This document shows positions 61,919-64,000 of a stretch of DNA of 64,000 nt, piece by piece; position 1 is the stretch's first letter, and each line of letters opens with the position of its first letter. The notes under the pieces are model-generated. The model searched no databases, was not told the DNA's origin, and saw only the letters and a program-made list of their open reading frames with translations. Made by a program: the position numbers and the translations under genes. The stretch is taken from the NCBI GenBank assembly GCA_043228905.1, contig JBHGNT010000009.1, positions 18,042,001-18,106,000 on the forward strand, in the 5' to 3' direction. Origin of the DNA: Azolla caroliniana (lineage: Eukaryota; Plantae; Polypodiophyta).

Positions 61919-63887
61919 ATGCCACGCAAGGAATCTCCCTTATGGGATAAATATTGTTTGAACAAACAAGCTGGGAAGTCATCTGGGAACTATTATTGGG
62001 ATTGCAAATTATGTGGTTTTCATGGGTCTGGGACACTAACACGTTTAGTTGCTCACCTTGCTAGAATTAAAGGTGAAGGTATAGACAAGTGTGAGCAAGT
62101 AACTCTAGAGGCATATCAAGATGCTATAGCAGTAGCACAAGGAAGTGAATTGACTCGCAAGAAGCTAAAACGCATTAAAGAAGTAGAAGCCATGGAAAAA
62201 CAAATTGAGCAAGAAGGCATGGTGGATTCAATGGTTGATTCAATGTTCCAATCACAACCTTCAATGGATAGCATATGTGCCTCATCTAAGAAGGATTCAA
62301 TAGACCAAATTCCTATTGATATTGAAGATACAGAAGGTTCAAGAAGAAAAAGTCTCACTCAAAGCACAATAAGGAGAGGATCAATTGCCGCTATGTTGAT
62401 CAAGAAAGACCATGCAAACACAATGTTGGTTAGATGCATTGTGGAAGGTAATCTATCTTTTAATCTTTTGAAAATGTCATGTTGGAGGAACATGTTGTTA
62501 GCTTTCTCTGATATTGGGGAAAAGTATAGTGGTATTACCTACAATGATTTAAGAGTTAAATATTTAAAGAAAGAGCATTTGAATGTGCAACACAAAGTGG
62601 AAAATGTGAAAGCCCTTTGGCCAAAATATGGAGTTACCATACTTTTAGATGGATGGATTGACACTAGCAAGCGAACACTTGTGAATATTTTGGTCTCATG
62701 TTGTTATGGCATAATGTCCCTTAAAACTATTGATTGTAGTGGTGTTTCTACAAGGGTTGATGGTCCATGGTTGGCTGAAATGCTATCAACTGCGATAAAG
62801 GAAGTAAAAGTAGAAAATGTGGTGCAAATTGTCACAGATAATGCATCTAATTGTGTTAGCATGGGTCACATTCTAGAGACTGAATTCCCAAGCCTTGTAT
62901 GGACTCCTTGTGCATCACATTGTTTAGATTTATTGCTAGAGGATATTGGGAAGTTGAGTTGGGTTCGTCAAGTGCACAAGAGAGCAAATTGTGTGGTTAG
63001 ACTATTCTCCAAGAAGAGGAATGCACGAAAAATTTTCAGCAACTATTCATCTCTTGTGCTCCTTAGGCCAAGTGCCACTCGATTTGGCTACATTCTTATT
63101 GTCCTTGAGAGGCTGGCAAGAGTTTGGAGAGCCCTTGAACAAACTGTGGTTAGTAACTATTGGGAGGATTGGAATGACTCCAAAAAGCCAGATGCGGTCA
63201 AGGTGAAGTCCATTGTGCAAGATAACTCTACTGTGCCGTCAATTATGATTGTAATTTCGATTATGCGTCCACTGTTTTCTGTTTTGCGGCTAACTGATCA
63301 TGAAGGATCTACAATGGGCTTACTTTATGAGTTCATGAGGAGGGCTAGAGACAAATTGCAACAAGGCGCGAGAGAGAATACATTAAACAAGGACAGGTAA
63401 TATGTTTCTATGTACTATGTAGTATGTACATTTGTTGTTTATTGCATCTTTTTCATTTCTTTAAATCATTGATATCAACTACGTTATGCATATTTTGGTA
63501 ACTGTTTACGAGTTTTAATTCAAATTCAAATGTTAGTGCAGATATAAAGAGGTTTTGGAACATTTTGATTGTCGTTGGTCGTGGTTCAAAAAACCAATTT
63601 ATATTGTTGCACATATTTTGCATCCTTTATGGAAGCCCAAAGATCAACCAATAGTTATGAATGAAGAGATGACAGATGGATGGCTTGCATATATTCAAAA
63701 GGTATATTCTATAGATGAATGTGAAATCTTGCAAGATCAATTTGACATGTATAGGAATGGTGTGGGCTGATTTAGCAATGAACTATCAAAATCACACATT
63801 GCAAAATGTAAACCTGTCTCATGGTGGGAAAGATATGGGGACAATGTGCCCTTACTACAATCGTTAGCTTGTAGAGTATTGTCTCAG
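61919..63887 (+). pseudogene. hAT transposase (BED finger, DUF659, start of the hATC dimerisation domain); exons 61919-63396 and 63542-63887, continues beyond the window
   Basis: LW..WDCKLC..TRLVAHL..C, LDGWID, VTDNASN, TPCASHCLDL, SATRF, AHILHP, WWERYG..LACRVLSQ; GT-AG intron keeps the frame; one in-frame TGA at 63768-63770. Confidence 0.9.
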
Positions 63888-64000
63888 GTATTATATTTCA
63901 TTTTTTATTAATGTTTCAATTTTATTAATCTTCTATATAGTACAATGACATATATTGTTTTCTTAAAACTTTGTTTGTTTTTTTTTTTTTTCCAAAAAAG

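Larger units (their letters stand above)
54716..64000 (+). mobile_element. hAT DNA transposon with a putative left end at 54716; runs off the window
   Basis: Copia sequence stops abruptly at cattgttgttaaaaaatgcg, followed by repeated acgtatt/acgttt motifs; hAT transposase downstream; right end not visible. Confidence 0.5.

Overview
Eukaryotic land-plant nuclear DNA: AT-rich, with GT-AG introns, microsatellites and dense transposon relics. The species cannot be fixed from the sequence. I can support three intact host genes. One is a secreted phytocyanin/blue-copper gene (9532-10120, -, one intron). The other two are a head-to-head pair of class-I-like small heat-shock protein genes (33805-34436, - and 38580-39182, +), each with one intron and a heat-shock-element promoter. 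A polyphenol-oxidase fragment missing its CuB segment lies at about 43575-43972 (-). The rest is mostly mobile DNA: several Ty1/copia elements of different ages, including one complete young element (56440-61797; uninterrupted gag-pol, 5-bp TSD CTTCT); solo LTRs; hAT-type MITEs with 8-bp TSDs; a BED/DUF659 hAT transposase at the right end; an L1 fragment; and a ~3 kb direct repeat bracketing the sHSP pair. Oddities worth checking: 5' LTRs ending CAAGA while 3' LTRs end CAACA in two copia elements; a hairpin whose loop is inverted between tandem copies; a four-level TE nest; tandem tRNA-like units; an orphan HSE cluster; and several decayed coding regions I cannot assign. I found no clearly new system; these are leads. 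All coordinates were read by eye.
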